Source of the DNA: a virus
Lineage: Duplodnaviria > Caudoviricetes
IMG/VR virus record: IMGVR_UViG_3300042922_001473
Length of the DNA stretch: 64,000 bases
Direction: 5' to 3' (one strand)
In this document: positions 20,573 through 31,359 of the stretch, in pieces
Layout: the number at the start of each line of letters is the position of its first letter
Position numbering within the stretch: the stretch's first letter is position 1
Notes under the pieces: generated by a model
Told to the model about the DNA's origin: nothing
Seen by the model: only the letters and a program-made list of their open reading frames with translations
The model's database searches: none
Translations under genes and position numbers: made by a program

Positions 20573-21121
20573 ATGAAAACAGAGGAAACTAAAAAATTAG
20601 AGAAAGATATATGGTTTACAACTCATAAAATAGGTGTGTACGGGTGCTTTGAAGTAACAATTTGTGCTAACGATTCAACTGAACGGGTTGACTATATGAC
20701 ATTTGATACCAAAAATATTTGGCGTTGTTACGAAATAAAAGTTTCAAAACACGATTTTTATTCAAATGCTAAAAAAACCTTCTTAGGTCATTATAATTAT
20801 TATGTTTTGACTAAAGAACTTTACGAACAAATAAAAGATGAAATACCACATAATATTGGAGTATATGTTGGCAAGAAGTGTGTAAAAAAAGCCAAAAAGC
20901 AAGTATTAGGCATTGATGAAGAAATTTTAAAAAAATCAATGATACGTTCATTGTACCGTTATTTTGTAAAAGATGTGGAAAGTAATTCAGTCTCAACCAT
21001 AGAAAATTTAAAAAGGCAATTATCACAATGTCGTAATCAAAAAGATAAATATTATCATGATTATTGGAATTTAAGAAGAGAAGTAGAATCTTTATATGGG
21101 ACAAGATGGGATAAAAAGTAA
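20573..21121 (+). CDS. MmcB-like PD-(D/E)XK nuclease
   Basis: EV...RVD...CYEIKVSK.DF..GHYNYYV. Confidence 0.7.
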   Translation: MKTEETKKLEKDIWFTTHKIGVYGCFEVTICANDSTERVDYMTFDTKNIWRCYEIKVSKHDFYSNAKKTFLGHYNYYVLTKELYEQIKDEIPHNIGVYVGKKCVKKAKKQVLGIDEEILKKSMIRSLYRYFVKDVESNSVSTIENLKRQLSQCRNQKDKYYHDYWNLRREVESLYGTRWDKK

Positions 21122-21153
21122 TAAGATAAAATATTTAAGAAAGGAGTAATTAT

Positions 21154-21417
21154 ATGAATTTACTATTGTATGGGTTAATAGCATTAGTAGTTATGTTAGT
21201 ATCAAGTGTGTGGGAAATATATGAGAATGGGTACGTTATGTATGCTGTCTTATTCGGTGTAATTTGGCCTCTTACATTGTTTGGATTATCTATAATGTTA
21301 ATACTACTTGCTATATTCGCTGTATTTGCTACTTTAACAGAGTGTTTAGAGTTTGTAGCAATAAAAATAGCAAAAGCATTTAAAATATCTAAAAATAATA
21401 ATATCGAACAAATATAA
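21154..21417 (+). CDS. Small membrane protein
   Basis: Two hydrophobic segments, AAGGAG RBS. Confidence 0.65.
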   Translation: MNLLLYGLIALVVMLVSSVWEIYENGYVMYAVLFGVIWPLTLFGLSIMLILLAIFAVFATLTECLEFVAIKIAKAFKISKNNNIEQI

Positions 21418-21452
21418 AAAGTTTAATCTTTAAAGTTAAAAAGGAGACAGAT

Positions 21453-21809
21453 ATGTTTAATCAGAAAGTTTTACAAGAAATAATTAGTATTCATGAGGTA
21501 ACAGAAGAATTAGTAGAAAATTGGGTAGTACAGTTTTACGGAGAACATGGAGATTTGAGAAAATTATTAAAATCGAAAGAAGAATGTATAGAGTTTATAA
21601 AAAGTAAAAAAGCAAGAATTGAAGAGTTAAGGCAAATTGGGAAAGCATCGCATAAGAGACATAAAATAATATATGAAGAACCTATACCTGTTGTAAAATC
21701 AGTTATGTGTAAAATAGGAGATTATCTAATAAATAATAGAGTTATAGTAAAAAAAGAAGAACTTGAGGAATATATATTACAATCTCAATTCCGTAGTTAT
21801 TGTGTTTAA
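21453..21809 (+). CDS. Hypothetical protein
   Basis: AAGGAG RBS. Confidence 0.65.
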   Translation: MFNQKVLQEIISIHEVTEELVENWVVQFYGEHGDLRKLLKSKEECIEFIKSKKARIEELRQIGKASHKRHKIIYEEPIPVVKSVMCKIGDYLINNRVIVKKEELEEYILQSQFRSYCV

Positions 21810-21883
21810 CAAAAGAGTTAAGGACTCATGAAAATTGTGGTGAATATAACTTTAATTATCTAATATAGGAGGAAAATAAAGTT

Positions 21884-22144
21884 ATGAATAGGAATATAAA
21901 ATTATCTAAACATTTAACCAATTCAGGTTGTAGCAATAATAAAGTATTATTAATCGGACAATATGGCAGTGGAATTAAAACTATGTTCCTAAATCACAAC
22001 ATAAAAAACTTAAATAAAATAGCTGTATATCAATCTTGTGCAGATTTTAAATATAAAAAGAATAGTGATAACAGATATTCTGATATTTTAAAACCAGAAT
22101 TTGATATGGACTTTATGAAATGTTCAACAGATACTATTTATTGA
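21884..22144 (+). CDS. Short protein resembling the Walker-A region of VirD4/TraG coupling proteins
   Basis: NNKVLLIGQYGSGIKTMFLNHNI versus the recalled N.NVLVIG.SGSGKT.FF..PN; AGGAGG RBS. Confidence 0.4.
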   Translation: MNRNIKLSKHLTNSGCSNNKVLLIGQYGSGIKTMFLNHNIKNLNKIAVYQSCADFKYKKNSDNRYSDILKPEFDMDFMKCSTDTIY

Positions 22145-22518
22145 AAGTTTTGGATGTATTATATTGTTTTCATTTGACATAAATCCATATTGGAAAGAGT
22201 TTATGCTTAAAAATATCATAAAAACAGAAAAGCCATTAATGTATTATTATCCTGATAGTAACCTTCCTACTGATGAATGTATTATTTATAAACATTTAAA
22301 AGATGGATGGCATAGCTATCGTGATAAAAAGATGAATTTCAAAAATATATAAAAAAATTAAGAATACGGATGTTTTGAAACTTACGATAGTTTGTCACTT
22401 TTAGAAACCCAGCGACTAAATCATTAAAACCAGCTTAATCAATGTTAATATTTATGTTTTGATATAAATAATTAGTTTTGCATAATATATTTTATATTAT
22501 AAAAGGGAGGGGTAAATT

Positions 22519-22893
22519 GTGTCAATTATTATAAATAATGAAGATGGAAATATCGAAATATCGTATTCTACAATTAAAACTATTGCAGGAGTAGCAGTAA
22601 TGGAAATTCCAGGTGTTGTAGGTATGACATCTGTTGATATGAAAAGTGGTTTATTAGAACTATTAAAAAAAGAAAATCTACAAAAAGGAGTTAAGGCTTC
22701 TGGCGAAGTAGATTCTTTAATTATAGAAGTTTATATTATAGTGGAATATGGTGTAAATATTAGTGAAGTAGGAAAAAACGTACAAAAGAAAATTGTTTAT
22801 GCTTTAGATACTATGACGGATTTAAAATGTTCTGCAATAAACGTGTTGGTTCAAGACATTAGAGTACAAAAGAATATCAACGATAATATATAA
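22519..22893 (+). CDS. Asp23/Gls24 family (YloU-like) protein
   Basis: G.I.IS..I..IAG.A..E..GVVGM..KGV..IIVEYGV.I..V..NVQ..NV.V. Confidence 0.9.
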   Translation: MSIIINNEDGNIEISYSTIKTIAGVAVMEIPGVVGMTSVDMKSGLLELLKKENLQKGVKASGEVDSLIIEVYIIVEYGVNISEVGKNVQKKIVYALDTMTDLKCSAINVLVQDIRVQKNINDNI

Positions 22894-23046
22894 AATTAAT
22901 AATAGGACAATAAACATTATTGTCCTATTATATTATTTTATATTTGCAGTTAAACATTATCAAAATATTTGAGATTATAGTTAATTCACATAATTGGTAA
23001 AATATATAGATTAATAAATAAATATATGAAAGGAGAAACAAAAGTT

Positions 23047-24525
23047 ATGTATGAAGAAAAGGAAAAAAACAAGTATAAGATATTTTCTGACATATACCAG
23101 TCCAAAGAAATGAAGACTATATTAAAACATGCTATTCCTCTTAAAGACGAATGTAAAATTATGCGAACATTAACTATAGTTTCATTAGTGCTTGGTATTG
23201 TTTCATCTGGTTTGCTTGCAAGTGTTGACATACAACCTGAATTACTAAGATTTGTTCCAGTTTCAATAGGAATTATTATTTTTATAATGTATAACGGTAG
23301 AACAAAGTTGTTTGAAATATATTACACAAAAACAATTATTCCATTTTTAAGTGAAGAATTAAAATTGAAAATGTCTTATATGAATACTGCAGAAGGACTG
23401 AGAAAGTACAGTTTAACTCCATTAGCAAAACTACACAATTGGAATAAAGGAAGGTGTTGGAGAGCTATAAAAGTTAAATTTATAGACAAAAAATTAGTAG
23501 ATGACGTATATATTGGACAATTTGAGCTATTTCAAAGAAGTTCAGGAGATAAAAACAATTCTACAAAAACAACATTTAAGGGTATGGCAATGCATATACC
23601 TATGGACTTAAATTTAGAATATGATGTTAGTATTAAATATGATTCGAAGATTGGTAGTTTTATTGAAAAAACAGGTAGAACAATAAATAAACAAAAGAAG
23701 ATATTTGAATTTACAAATTCAGTTTTAGAAAAATATTTTGATTGTGAAATAACGGATTGTGATATAAATGATTATATGCACTACCAAGGCAATGAAGATA
23801 ATTTTACTGAAAAAAAATATAATGAAATGCGTAAAAAAGAAGAAATTAGTAAAATAATTGTGCGAAGCAGAAAACAAAATGAAGAAGATAAAGCTAAATA
23901 TGGAGATGAAACATATTTTCAAAAGTTTGAAAGAAGAAGTAATGAGCGTGAATCAAATCATTTTGAATATGACAAAGCACATTTACTTGCACAAGACTTC
24001 TTATCAGCATCTATGGAAGAATTTCTGTTTTTTATCTTTGAAACATATGGTCCTTTTAATCTTTTAATAAGAAGAAGTGGGATATATATAGAACTTTTTA
24101 AAGAATTAAAAGTTGATAAAATACCAAACGTTGAGATTAATGGTGTTAATGTTGGCTTTATTGCAAACATTGTTATGAGAATATTTAAAGATACCTCATA
24201 TAAAAATTTCAATAGAGACGGAGTTGGTAATCAATCAGTAAACTTTATTAGCCCAGGTTTATTTGAAGATTCTTTAAAATTTAGTGCAATGAATGATAAC
24301 TTTGAAATATTTAGCTTAGTTAACATTATTGTTACTTACTTTGAAAGAGTTTATAAAAACGAAGGGTATGAAGGCTACGAGGAAGAGCTTGAATATTTTG
24401 AAAGTATAAAAGAATTAAAAAAACTGAAACCAAAAGAAATAAATAAAGAATTTGAAGATTATTATAATTCTGTTGCCGAAGAAGGTAGCTTAGAATATAA
24501 AAATAATAAAGAGAAAGGGGAGTAA
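23047..24525 (+). CDS. Membrane protein with 2 TM and DUF3137-like soluble domain (LemA partner)
   Basis: Two N-terminal TM, T.FKG motif, directly upstream of lemA. Confidence 0.55.
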   Translation: MYEEKEKNKYKIFSDIYQSKEMKTILKHAIPLKDECKIMRTLTIVSLVLGIVSSGLLASVDIQPELLRFVPVSIGIIIFIMYNGRTKLFEIYYTKTIIPFLSEELKLKMSYMNTAEGLRKYSLTPLAKLHNWNKGRCWRAIKVKFIDKKLVDDVYIGQFELFQRSSGDKNNSTKTTFKGMAMHIPMDLNLEYDVSIKYDSKIGSFIEKTGRTINKQKKIFEFTNSVLEKYFDCEITDCDINDYMHYQGNEDNFTEKKYNEMRKKEEISKIIVRSRKQNEEDKAKYGDETYFQKFERRSNERESNHFEYDKAHLLAQDFLSASMEEFLFFIFETYGPFNLLIRRSGIYIELFKELKVDKIPNVEINGVNVGFIANIVMRIFKDTSYKNFNRDGVGNQSVNFISPGLFEDSLKFSAMNDNFEIFSLVNIIVTYFERVYKNEGYEGYEEELEYFESIKELKKLKPKEINKEFEDYYNSVAEEGSLEYKNNKEKGE

Positions 24526-24531
24526 TAAATA

Positions 24532-25176
24532 ATGAGTGAAGTATTAATGTTTTTAATGGTTGCGATTGTAGTAATATTTGTAGGATATATATTAATGGGT
24601 AATACCCTTGTAGGTCTGAAAAATGCTGTTGAAAAAGCAACTGCAAATATTGATGTATATCTACAACAAAGATTAGATTTAATGGAAAATTTATTTCAAG
24701 AACTTGAAAGAGGTTTAGAGCATGAGGAAAATGTTCTAAATAGTGTAACTGCTATGAGGTCAAGACTTACTAATATAAAAAATGGTCATGATAGCTCTTC
24801 ATCTACTTCTATAGTGAAAACGGATATGGAAGTGGGAGGTCTTATAAGAGAATTTAATGCTACAAGAGAAGCTTATCCTGTTATTGAAGGAATGGGTTTA
24901 GTAAAGAAAGTAATGGATGAAAACTCAAGAGTTGAAAGAGAAATTACATCTGCAAGAAGAACATATAATACAAATGTGACTGCCTATAGAAATGCTATAA
25001 AAATGTTTCCATCAAGCTTCATAGCAAGCATGAAAGGATTTACAGATGAATATGAATTATACCAAGCGGATGCTCAGGCTCGCCAAAGAGTAAAACCAAT
25101 GTGGGAAGATAAATATAGAGATAAATACAAAGCAGATAATAAACCAGTTGAAAATGAACAAAATGATATTCAATAG
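24532..25176 (+). CDS. lemA: LemA family protein
   Basis: N.LV..N.V..A.ANIDV.L.QR.DL, E.YP, ARR.YN..V..Y..I..FPSS.IA. Confidence 0.9.
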   Translation: MSEVLMFLMVAIVVIFVGYILMGNTLVGLKNAVEKATANIDVYLQQRLDLMENLFQELERGLEHEENVLNSVTAMRSRLTNIKNGHDSSSSTSIVKTDMEVGGLIREFNATREAYPVIEGMGLVKKVMDENSRVEREITSARRTYNTNVTAYRNAIKMFPSSFIASMKGFTDEYELYQADAQARQRVKPMWEDKYRDKYKADNKPVENEQNDIQ

Positions 25177-25353
25177 AGTTTAATTCAAAACACAGTTGGT
25201 GTAGCTAACTGTGTTTTATGTTATTCATTAAATTGTACATATGATAAATGAAACATGTTAAGAATATAATTTATTAAATAAATTTAAAAGGGATTTTAAT
25301 AATACCTGATAAAAGTTATAATGAAATTAAAAATAATCATGGGAGACTTAGAG

Positions 25354-25608
25354 ATGGATATATTTGAAAAACTTGAAGAATTAGCTAAAAAAGGATACTC
25401 AATTGAACATACAACAGTTGACCAATATGATAATGGTTATGGGAAAGATGTTGAAAAAGGATTAATACCTCCTGTAACCTATACTGTAAATGTCATAAGG
25501 TTAAGTGATTGCGAAATACTTTATAATCTTTCTTGTAATCATATTAAAGAATGCTTTGATGAAGGAATTAAATATGTAGAAAACTTAATCAAAAATGGAG
25601 GCGTGTAA
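25354..25608 (+). CDS. Hypothetical protein
   Basis: GGGAG RBS; first of a 4-gene run. Confidence 0.6.
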   Translation: MDIFEKLEELAKKGYSIEHTTVDQYDNGYGKDVEKGLIPPVTYTVNVIRLSDCEILYNLSCNHIKECFDEGIKYVENLIKNGGV

Positions 25609-25810
25609 TATAGAACTTTGTAAAGGTAATCATAAATTAGTAAGTATTTATACAGATGGAAGATATAGTGAATGTGCTGTTGTTAGGTGGTGCAAAGTTT
25701 GTGGGGCTATTGTTATAGACGTTGACGCAGATGGAAGGACTTATCCAGGAAGACTTATGGAAATGAAATTGCCTAAAATAGCTCAGAATAATTTAAATAA
25801 GAAGGAGTGA
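25595..25810 (+). CDS. Small Zn-ribbon protein
   Basis: H...VVRWCKVCGA. Confidence 0.55.
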   Translation: MEACNIELCKGNHKLVSIYTDGRYSECAVVRWCKVCGAIVIDVDADGRTYPGRLMEMKLPKIAQNNLNKKE

Positions 25811-26229
25811 TATTTATGTTTGAAAAAACTAAAAAAATCTTAGATTCAATGACAACAGAAGAATTGACTGATTGTTTGATACAAAATGGATTTGAATTTA
25901 CTGACAATAATGAATTAGATGAAAATAATGATAATAACTTAATTTCTAATTCGTATCCGATATGTAATACAAAACCAACGTGCCCTTATTGTGGACAAGT
26001 ACATTCAACGTTATATATACCAGAATCATGTGGAGATGGCGATGAATTTTATATTAAATGTGAAGATAAGAATTGTAGAGAAACTTTTACTGTTGACGTA
26101 ATCTTTGATTGTGAATATGTTGACGAATTTCCAGAAGCTACATATTCCCAATGCTTAAATGCTAACTGTGTTATGTTTTTTAACTATAGGCAAGACGATG
26201 AAGTTCCTACAGTAATATCACCAGAATAA
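25807..26229 (+). CDS. Zn-finger hypothetical protein
   Basis: CPYC...CEDKNC...CLNANC. Confidence 0.65.
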   Translation: MIFMFEKTKKILDSMTTEELTDCLIQNGFEFTDNNELDENNDNNLISNSYPICNTKPTCPYCGQVHSTLYIPESCGDGDEFYIKCEDKNCRETFTVDVIFDCEYVDEFPEATYSQCLNANCVMFFNYRQDDEVPTVISPE

Positions 26230-26233
26230 GGAT

Positions 26234-26854
26234 GTGGGTGATATTATGATTGACATATCTGGTTTAAAGATAGACTTTAAAAATAGAGAAAATTGGGTAG
26301 CTATAATTGGTAGCAGAAATGCCTCAGATAAAGAAAAAGAAATAGCATATAAACTTGGTAGAAAATGTGCTAAGGAAGGAAAAATTGTAGTGAGTGGTTT
26401 AGCCCTGGGAATTGATTCATTTGGGCACTTAGGTTGTATTGATGGAGGAGGAAAGACTATCGCTTTAGTACATACTCCAATATCAGTTCCTATTTATCCT
26501 AAAGAAAATCATGAACTTGCAGAAAAAATAAGAAAGAACGGGTGCATAATTCATCCGTTTAAGACTAAGGCGAAATTTGAGAAAAATGGGATGTCTCAAT
26601 CCTCTAAAAGACTTATTGAAAGAAGTATTTTAAATGCTTATGTTTGTCCAAACATTGTAGTTGTTAAGGAAAGCCCGTCTATTATAACAGGGGGAACAAA
26701 ATGGGCTACAAAATATGGCACAGATATAAGTCATAATGTTTTTAGATTAGATAGTGATTTCAAATTTCACAAAAATCCAGTCGTTGAGGATTGCAAAACC
26801 TGGTGGATTAGAGAATTAAATCTTGATATATTTTTAAAAGAATTAGGTAATTAG
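26234..26854 (+). CDS. DprA/Smf (SLOG) family protein, core domain only
   Basis: VAIIGSR, VVSGLALGIDS.GH.G, IYPKEN..L, GGT. Confidence 0.85.
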   Translation: MGDIMIDISGLKIDFKNRENWVAIIGSRNASDKEKEIAYKLGRKCAKEGKIVVSGLALGIDSFGHLGCIDGGGKTIALVHTPISVPIYPKENHELAEKIRKNGCIIHPFKTKAKFEKNGMSQSSKRLIERSILNAYVCPNIVVVKESPSIITGGTKWATKYGTDISHNVFRLDSDFKFHKNPVVEDCKTWWIRELNLDIFLKELGN

Positions 26855-26949
26855 TGTTAAAAAGAGCCATTATGGTTCTTTTTCTTTTTCAACACTTTAT
26901 TAATTTTAGTAAAAATAAAAAAGCACAAAAATTTTGTGCTTTTTGGATT

Positions 26950-27279
26950 TTACATAGTTAATTCTGCATTGTCTTCGACTGCAGATACACTTTCAATATA
27001 AAAATCCCATTCATCATGATGATATGCTATTATTTCAACTTCTACATTTACGGGCATTATGATAATTGCCTGCTTAAAATAAGGAAACCCATCATCATCA
27101 AAACCAAATTTACTTTCTAACGCAAGAAAATCTATTTCGTCAAAATCAAATTCATTTTCTGATAAAAAGTTTTTAAGTTCTTCAACTGTATTTGGATATT
27201 GATTACTTGAAATTTCATCATCTCCAATATATTTATTTATTAAATCCATAATTTCTTGTTGTGAGTATTTTTTTTTCAT
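26950..27279 (-). CDS. Acidic hypothetical protein
   Basis: AAGGAG RBS; very D/E-rich. Confidence 0.65.
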   Translation of the reverse strand: MKKKYSQQEIMDLINKYIGDDEISSNQYPNTVEELKNFLSENEFDFDEIDFLALESKFGFDDDGFPYFKQAIIIMPVNVEVEIIAYHHDEWDFYIESVSAVEDNAELTM

Positions 27280-27458
27280 TAATAAATCTCCTTTTAATAT
27301 ATAATTCTCTTATTGAGCACCTAATTTATAAATATATATATATTATATACTTATTATTGTTAAAAAATCAATCCAGACACCCTAAACACTCACAATAATT
27401 ATAATTCTAATCTCTATTTAATATAGTAAAAGATAATAATATTAAAGGAGAGGAAAAA

Positions 27459-28355
27459 TTGAAAATATTAGCAAAATCAATAATAGATAAAAATAACATA
27501 ATAGATAAAGTTAGAAAAGGGTGCAATAACCTTGAGATACAGTTGTTTTCAGATTTTATTAATAAAAATAATGACGAATTAGTTGAAGAAATTAAATCGG
27601 TTTGTTGTAATGTATTTGCTGTACACATGCCCTTAATTGATTCAGAAGAAGTGAATTTAGAATATTTTACAAACGATAGATATGAAGAATTGTTTTTTAA
27701 AGTATGTGAATTTTCTCAAATGCTTGCTGATTGCTACAAGCATGAAATAACAATTATTATACATAATGGCTTTTCGTTGCCTATGTATGAAAAAATACCA
27801 GAACTGTTTTATACTTTGATTGAAATTTTTGATACTGCAATTGATGAATATAAAAATATTAATTTTGCGTTTGAAAACATATTACCATTTATTATAAAAA
27901 AAGATATTCCACTTATAAGTAGAAGTGGGTTTCTTAATGAAAATGCTATTATAGCAAAATTTTTCAATGAAAATTGTATAAAATCTGTATTTGGTACAGT
28001 ATTAGACACTTGTCACGCAATGATTACAATGCGAATACTAAATAAACTATTTGATGAAGAACCTGTAGTAAAAGATAAAAAGTATGATTTAGAATATTAT
28101 TTTCGAGAAAATAAAGATACTATTAAAGTTATACATTTAGCAAATGTGGAGGAACTTGGATATAAGCCTTTACAACATGGAGCACCATTCCTGGAACAAG
28201 ATATAAATATTTTGAAAGAAATAATGAACTTGTATGAGAAATATAGTTATGAATGCTTTATTACAATAGAAGTTTTTGAAAAAGACTATTTAAATAGTGT
28301 TAACTTTCTAAAAACCAAAGAAAATTTAGAAAGGGTATTTTATAAATTCTATTAG
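27459..28355 (+). CDS. Xylose-isomerase/AP-endonuclease-2 TIM-barrel protein
   Basis: EIQ, VHMP, IIH, FEN, LDTCH, IHLAN, H, IEV. Confidence 0.75.
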   Translation: MKILAKSIIDKNNIIDKVRKGCNNLEIQLFSDFINKNNDELVEEIKSVCCNVFAVHMPLIDSEEVNLEYFTNDRYEELFFKVCEFSQMLADCYKHEITIIIHNGFSLPMYEKIPELFYTLIEIFDTAIDEYKNINFAFENILPFIIKKDIPLISRSGFLNENAIIAKFFNENCIKSVFGTVLDTCHAMITMRILNKLFDEEPVVKDKKYDLEYYFRENKDTIKVIHLANVEELGYKPLQHGAPFLEQDINILKEIMNLYEKYSYECFITIEVFEKDYLNSVNFLKTKENLERVFYKFY

Positions 28356-28426
28356 TAGATAAATAATTATTTTGACCAATAAAAAAAACAAAGACTATGT
28401 TTTGTACATAGTCTTTGTTTGCATCT

Positions 28427-28813
28427 TTAAATGATTTGCTTTAAATTAGAAAAGAAATCGTTTCCGCAAAAACATTCCTCAAAACCAAAAGGGGTAATTG
28501 TATCTACCCATTCAGGAATACATTCAGCGTAATATGTTACTTTTACATCTAAGAAACATTCTTCTGTTGAATACTTTTTTACCAAATCAAATATTTTTAT
28601 TGTATTACAGTCATTCTTTTCTTTCATAATAGATAATTCATTAGAACAACCTTCACATTCTGCACAGGTAGATTTATTAAGTATTAATAATAAATCAATA
28701 TCTTTTGGATTATCTTTAAAAAGAGCACTTCCAAATACGTAAGCCTCTTTCACCCCTAAAAATGATATTGCAGTTAAAAAACCGTTAATTTGTATTTCTA
28801 TATTAGCGTTCAT
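28427..28813 (-). CDS. Minimal nucleotidyltransferase (MNT) with Cys insert
   Basis: YVFGSA...DIDLL...LDV; CAECEGC insert. Confidence 0.75.
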   Translation of the reverse strand: MNANIEIQINGFLTAISFLGVKEAYVFGSALFKDNPKDIDLLLILNKSTCAECEGCSNELSIMKEKNDCNTIKIFDLVKKYSTEECFLDVKVTYYAECIPEWVDTITPFGFEECFCGNDFFSNLKQII

Positions 28814-28821
28814 GTTTCAAT

Positions 28822-29151
28822 CTATTCCCCTATGGACATTATCACCATATATTCAATTCCATTATGTTCAAATAAATATTCTCCCAAAATTTCTTCAGAT
28901 ATTTCAAGAACGCAAACTTGATTACCGTTTTTATCAAATAACAAGCTGTCAACATATGGAGTATCTCCATTACATATTTTAATATCTGCAAAGAAACCAT
29001 TATCAAACTTAACAGTATAAGTTTTTAAAATATCATTAGACTCTTCATATCTGCCTTCTGCTATATTAAGTATGTCTTGAATTTCCGTAGCTTCCTTTTG
29101 AGAAATTGTTATTGTAGCCTGTTTTATATTGTTTTTTAATTGTGTTGTCAT
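28822..29151 (-). CDS. Hypothetical protein
   Basis: AAGGAG RBS; upstream of the MNT gene. Confidence 0.7.
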   Translation of the reverse strand: MTTQLKNNIKQATITISQKEATEIQDILNIAEGRYEESNDILKTYTVKFDNGFFADIKICNGDTPYVDSLLFDKNGNQVCVLEISEEILGEYLFEHNGIEYMVIMSIGE

Positions 29152-29313
29152 ATAAACTCCTTATTTTTTAATTTATATATCATATTCAAATTTCATTTAA
29201 AATATCGCTTATAGAATAATTTGAAATTTGAAATCTAAAATATAAAAGTATCAAAAATAAGGATTTTACATAAAAAAATTTAAAAGGCGATTTTACTTAA
29301 AAAGGAGAAAATT

Positions 29314-31359
29314 ATGAACAAAATTAAAAGTGTTAAAATTAATGAGGTAGTAGTATATGGCTTTAAAGGTTATGAAGAACAACATATTTTTTCATTTGAA
29401 GAATTAAAGAATATTATTATAGGGGATAATGGAAAAGGCAAGTCAAGTATTGGAGAAGCTATAGTTTGGTGTTTTACTGGTAGGAACATTGAAGGAAATC
29501 AGAAAGATTTAAATGTGATTAACAATAAGAGTAAGACAGCTTATGTTTCTGTTACTTTTGATGATGAAAATGGACAAACTCATGTATTAGAAAGAAAAGC
29601 TAACTCTGTTATTACAATTAAATTTGATTCTATTCAAACAAGCCAGGAAAAGCTAAAAGAAATCATTGATACTGATTTATTTCTTTTGATATTTAATCCG
29701 TTATATTTTCAATCTCTTGATGCAAATAATGCAAGAAAGACGATATTTACAACAATGCCACAAATATCTAAATCAGATATATTCGCTACAATGGATAAAG
29801 TGGATAGTGAGATATTAGAAAATGAGACTTTTAACGAAACAGATACTAATGAGTATTTAAAAAGTCAAAGAAAAAGATTAAAAGAAATAGAAGATAATAA
29901 AAAACATATCAATGGGTATATGGAAAAACTTCAGCAAACATTTGATATACCTGAAGAAGTAAAATTCGATAATTCTAAAATAACAGATATTGAAAATGAA
30001 TTAGAAGTTCTTAATACTAAAAAGCCACAGCTCATTAATATCGATGATTTACTAATTAAAAAAGCAGGTATTGAAAAACAAATTTTAGAAATAAAAAGCA
30101 AAAAATTTGAAAGCGAAATAGCTGTGATTGAACTTAGAAATCAAAAAAATCTTTTGGAGCAAAAACTTAGAAGTGTTATTGCTAAAGAGTATACAGGTAC
30201 AGATGTTTCTGAATATGAAAAAAAAGCAGAAATACTACGTGTAGAATATAGTGCAGTTACTTCTGCAAGCAAAGGTCTTGAGGTTGAGAAGAAGAAATTA
30301 GAAGATAAAAAAGTTGATTTTAAAGAGGGGGATATATGTCCTCTTTGTAAACAATTAATTTCTGCTCATAGTGTTAATACTTTAAATACAGAGTTACGAA
30401 AGGAAGTTACTAAATCTAAAAATGAAATAACAGAAAAACAATTAGAAAAAAGAAAAACACTTGCCCAATTAGCAAAAGAGGGACAAGAATTTGTCGAATT
30501 AATTTCAAAAGCTAAAAAAGCAGATGATGAAGCAAAAAAGAAATTTGAAGAAAGTAAAGAATCTAAGATAAATTCAATTAAGGCTGAAATAGCAGTGATT
30601 GATAAAAAGCTTGGAAATTTAAATAAACTTGGAGAAGATTTTAACAATAAAAAACAAGAAGAAATTAATCCATTGCTTTTAGCGATAAAAAATCTTACAT
30701 TAGATGAAATTGAAACTAAAAACAATGAGCTTCAAAAAATATTTGATGCTGAAATTCTTAAAAAGAAAACTTTGTTGCAGGATGGATTAATTGTTTTAAG
30801 AAAAGAAAAAGAAGCAGTTATTTCTAATGAAGCAAAAAGATTAAGCTTGATAAAAAGTTTAGAAGAAAACAACAAAGAAATTGAGTCAAAGAACAAAGAA
30901 TTAGCACAATTAGTAGAAGAAGAAAATAATACTAATAATCTAATTAGTGCAATGAAAAGTTTCAATGCTCAAAAAACTGCTCTGCTAAATAAAACCATAT
31001 CAAAATATTTAACAAATGTATCTTTAAAGCTTGAAAAACTTGTAGAATCAACAGGCGAAGTTAAAGATGTGTTCGATATTCTGTATAATGAAAAAGACTT
31101 GAAAGTTTGTTCAAAATCGGAGTGTATAAAGGCTGGCTTAGAACTTTCTAAAATGATAAGCGAATTATCAGGATGCAATTTCCCTGTTTTTGTTGATAAT
31201 GGGGAATCAATCACTTCATATGATGATATGTCATTACAAATAATTGAAACAAGAGTTGTAGAAGGTTCAAAACTTGTTGCTATTAAAAAAGACGGAACAC
31301 GTTTAGAAGTTGAAGTAACTCCAATACCAACTCAAAGAAGAACTAAAGAAGTAGCATAA
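29314..31359 (+). CDS. SMC/Rad50(SbcC)-like ATPase with Zn hook
   Basis: GFKG, GDNGKGKS, long coiled coil, CPLC hook, signature-like SKSE, VFVDNGES. Confidence 0.85.
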   Translation: MNKIKSVKINEVVVYGFKGYEEQHIFSFEELKNIIIGDNGKGKSSIGEAIVWCFTGRNIEGNQKDLNVINNKSKTAYVSVTFDDENGQTHVLERKANSVITIKFDSIQTSQEKLKEIIDTDLFLLIFNPLYFQSLDANNARKTIFTTMPQISKSDIFATMDKVDSEILENETFNETDTNEYLKSQRKRLKEIEDNKKHINGYMEKLQQTFDIPEEVKFDNSKITDIENELEVLNTKKPQLINIDDLLIKKAGIEKQILEIKSKKFESEIAVIELRNQKNLLEQKLRSVIAKEYTGTDVSEYEKKAEILRVEYSAVTSASKGLEVEKKKLEDKKVDFKEGDICPLCKQLISAHSVNTLNTELRKEVTKSKNEITEKQLEKRKTLAQLAKEGQEFVELISKAKKADDEAKKKFEESKESKINSIKAEIAVIDKKLGNLNKLGEDFNNKKQEEINPLLLAIKNLTLDEIETKNNELQKIFDAEILKKKTLLQDGLIVLRKEKEAVISNEAKRLSLIKSLEENNKEIESKNKELAQLVEEENNTNNLISAMKSFNAQKTALLNKTISKYLTNVSLKLEKLVESTGEVKDVFDILYNEKDLKVCSKSECIKAGLELSKMISELSGCNFPVFVDNGESITSYDDMSLQIIETRVVEGSKLVAIKKDGTRLEVEVTPIPTQRRTKEVA

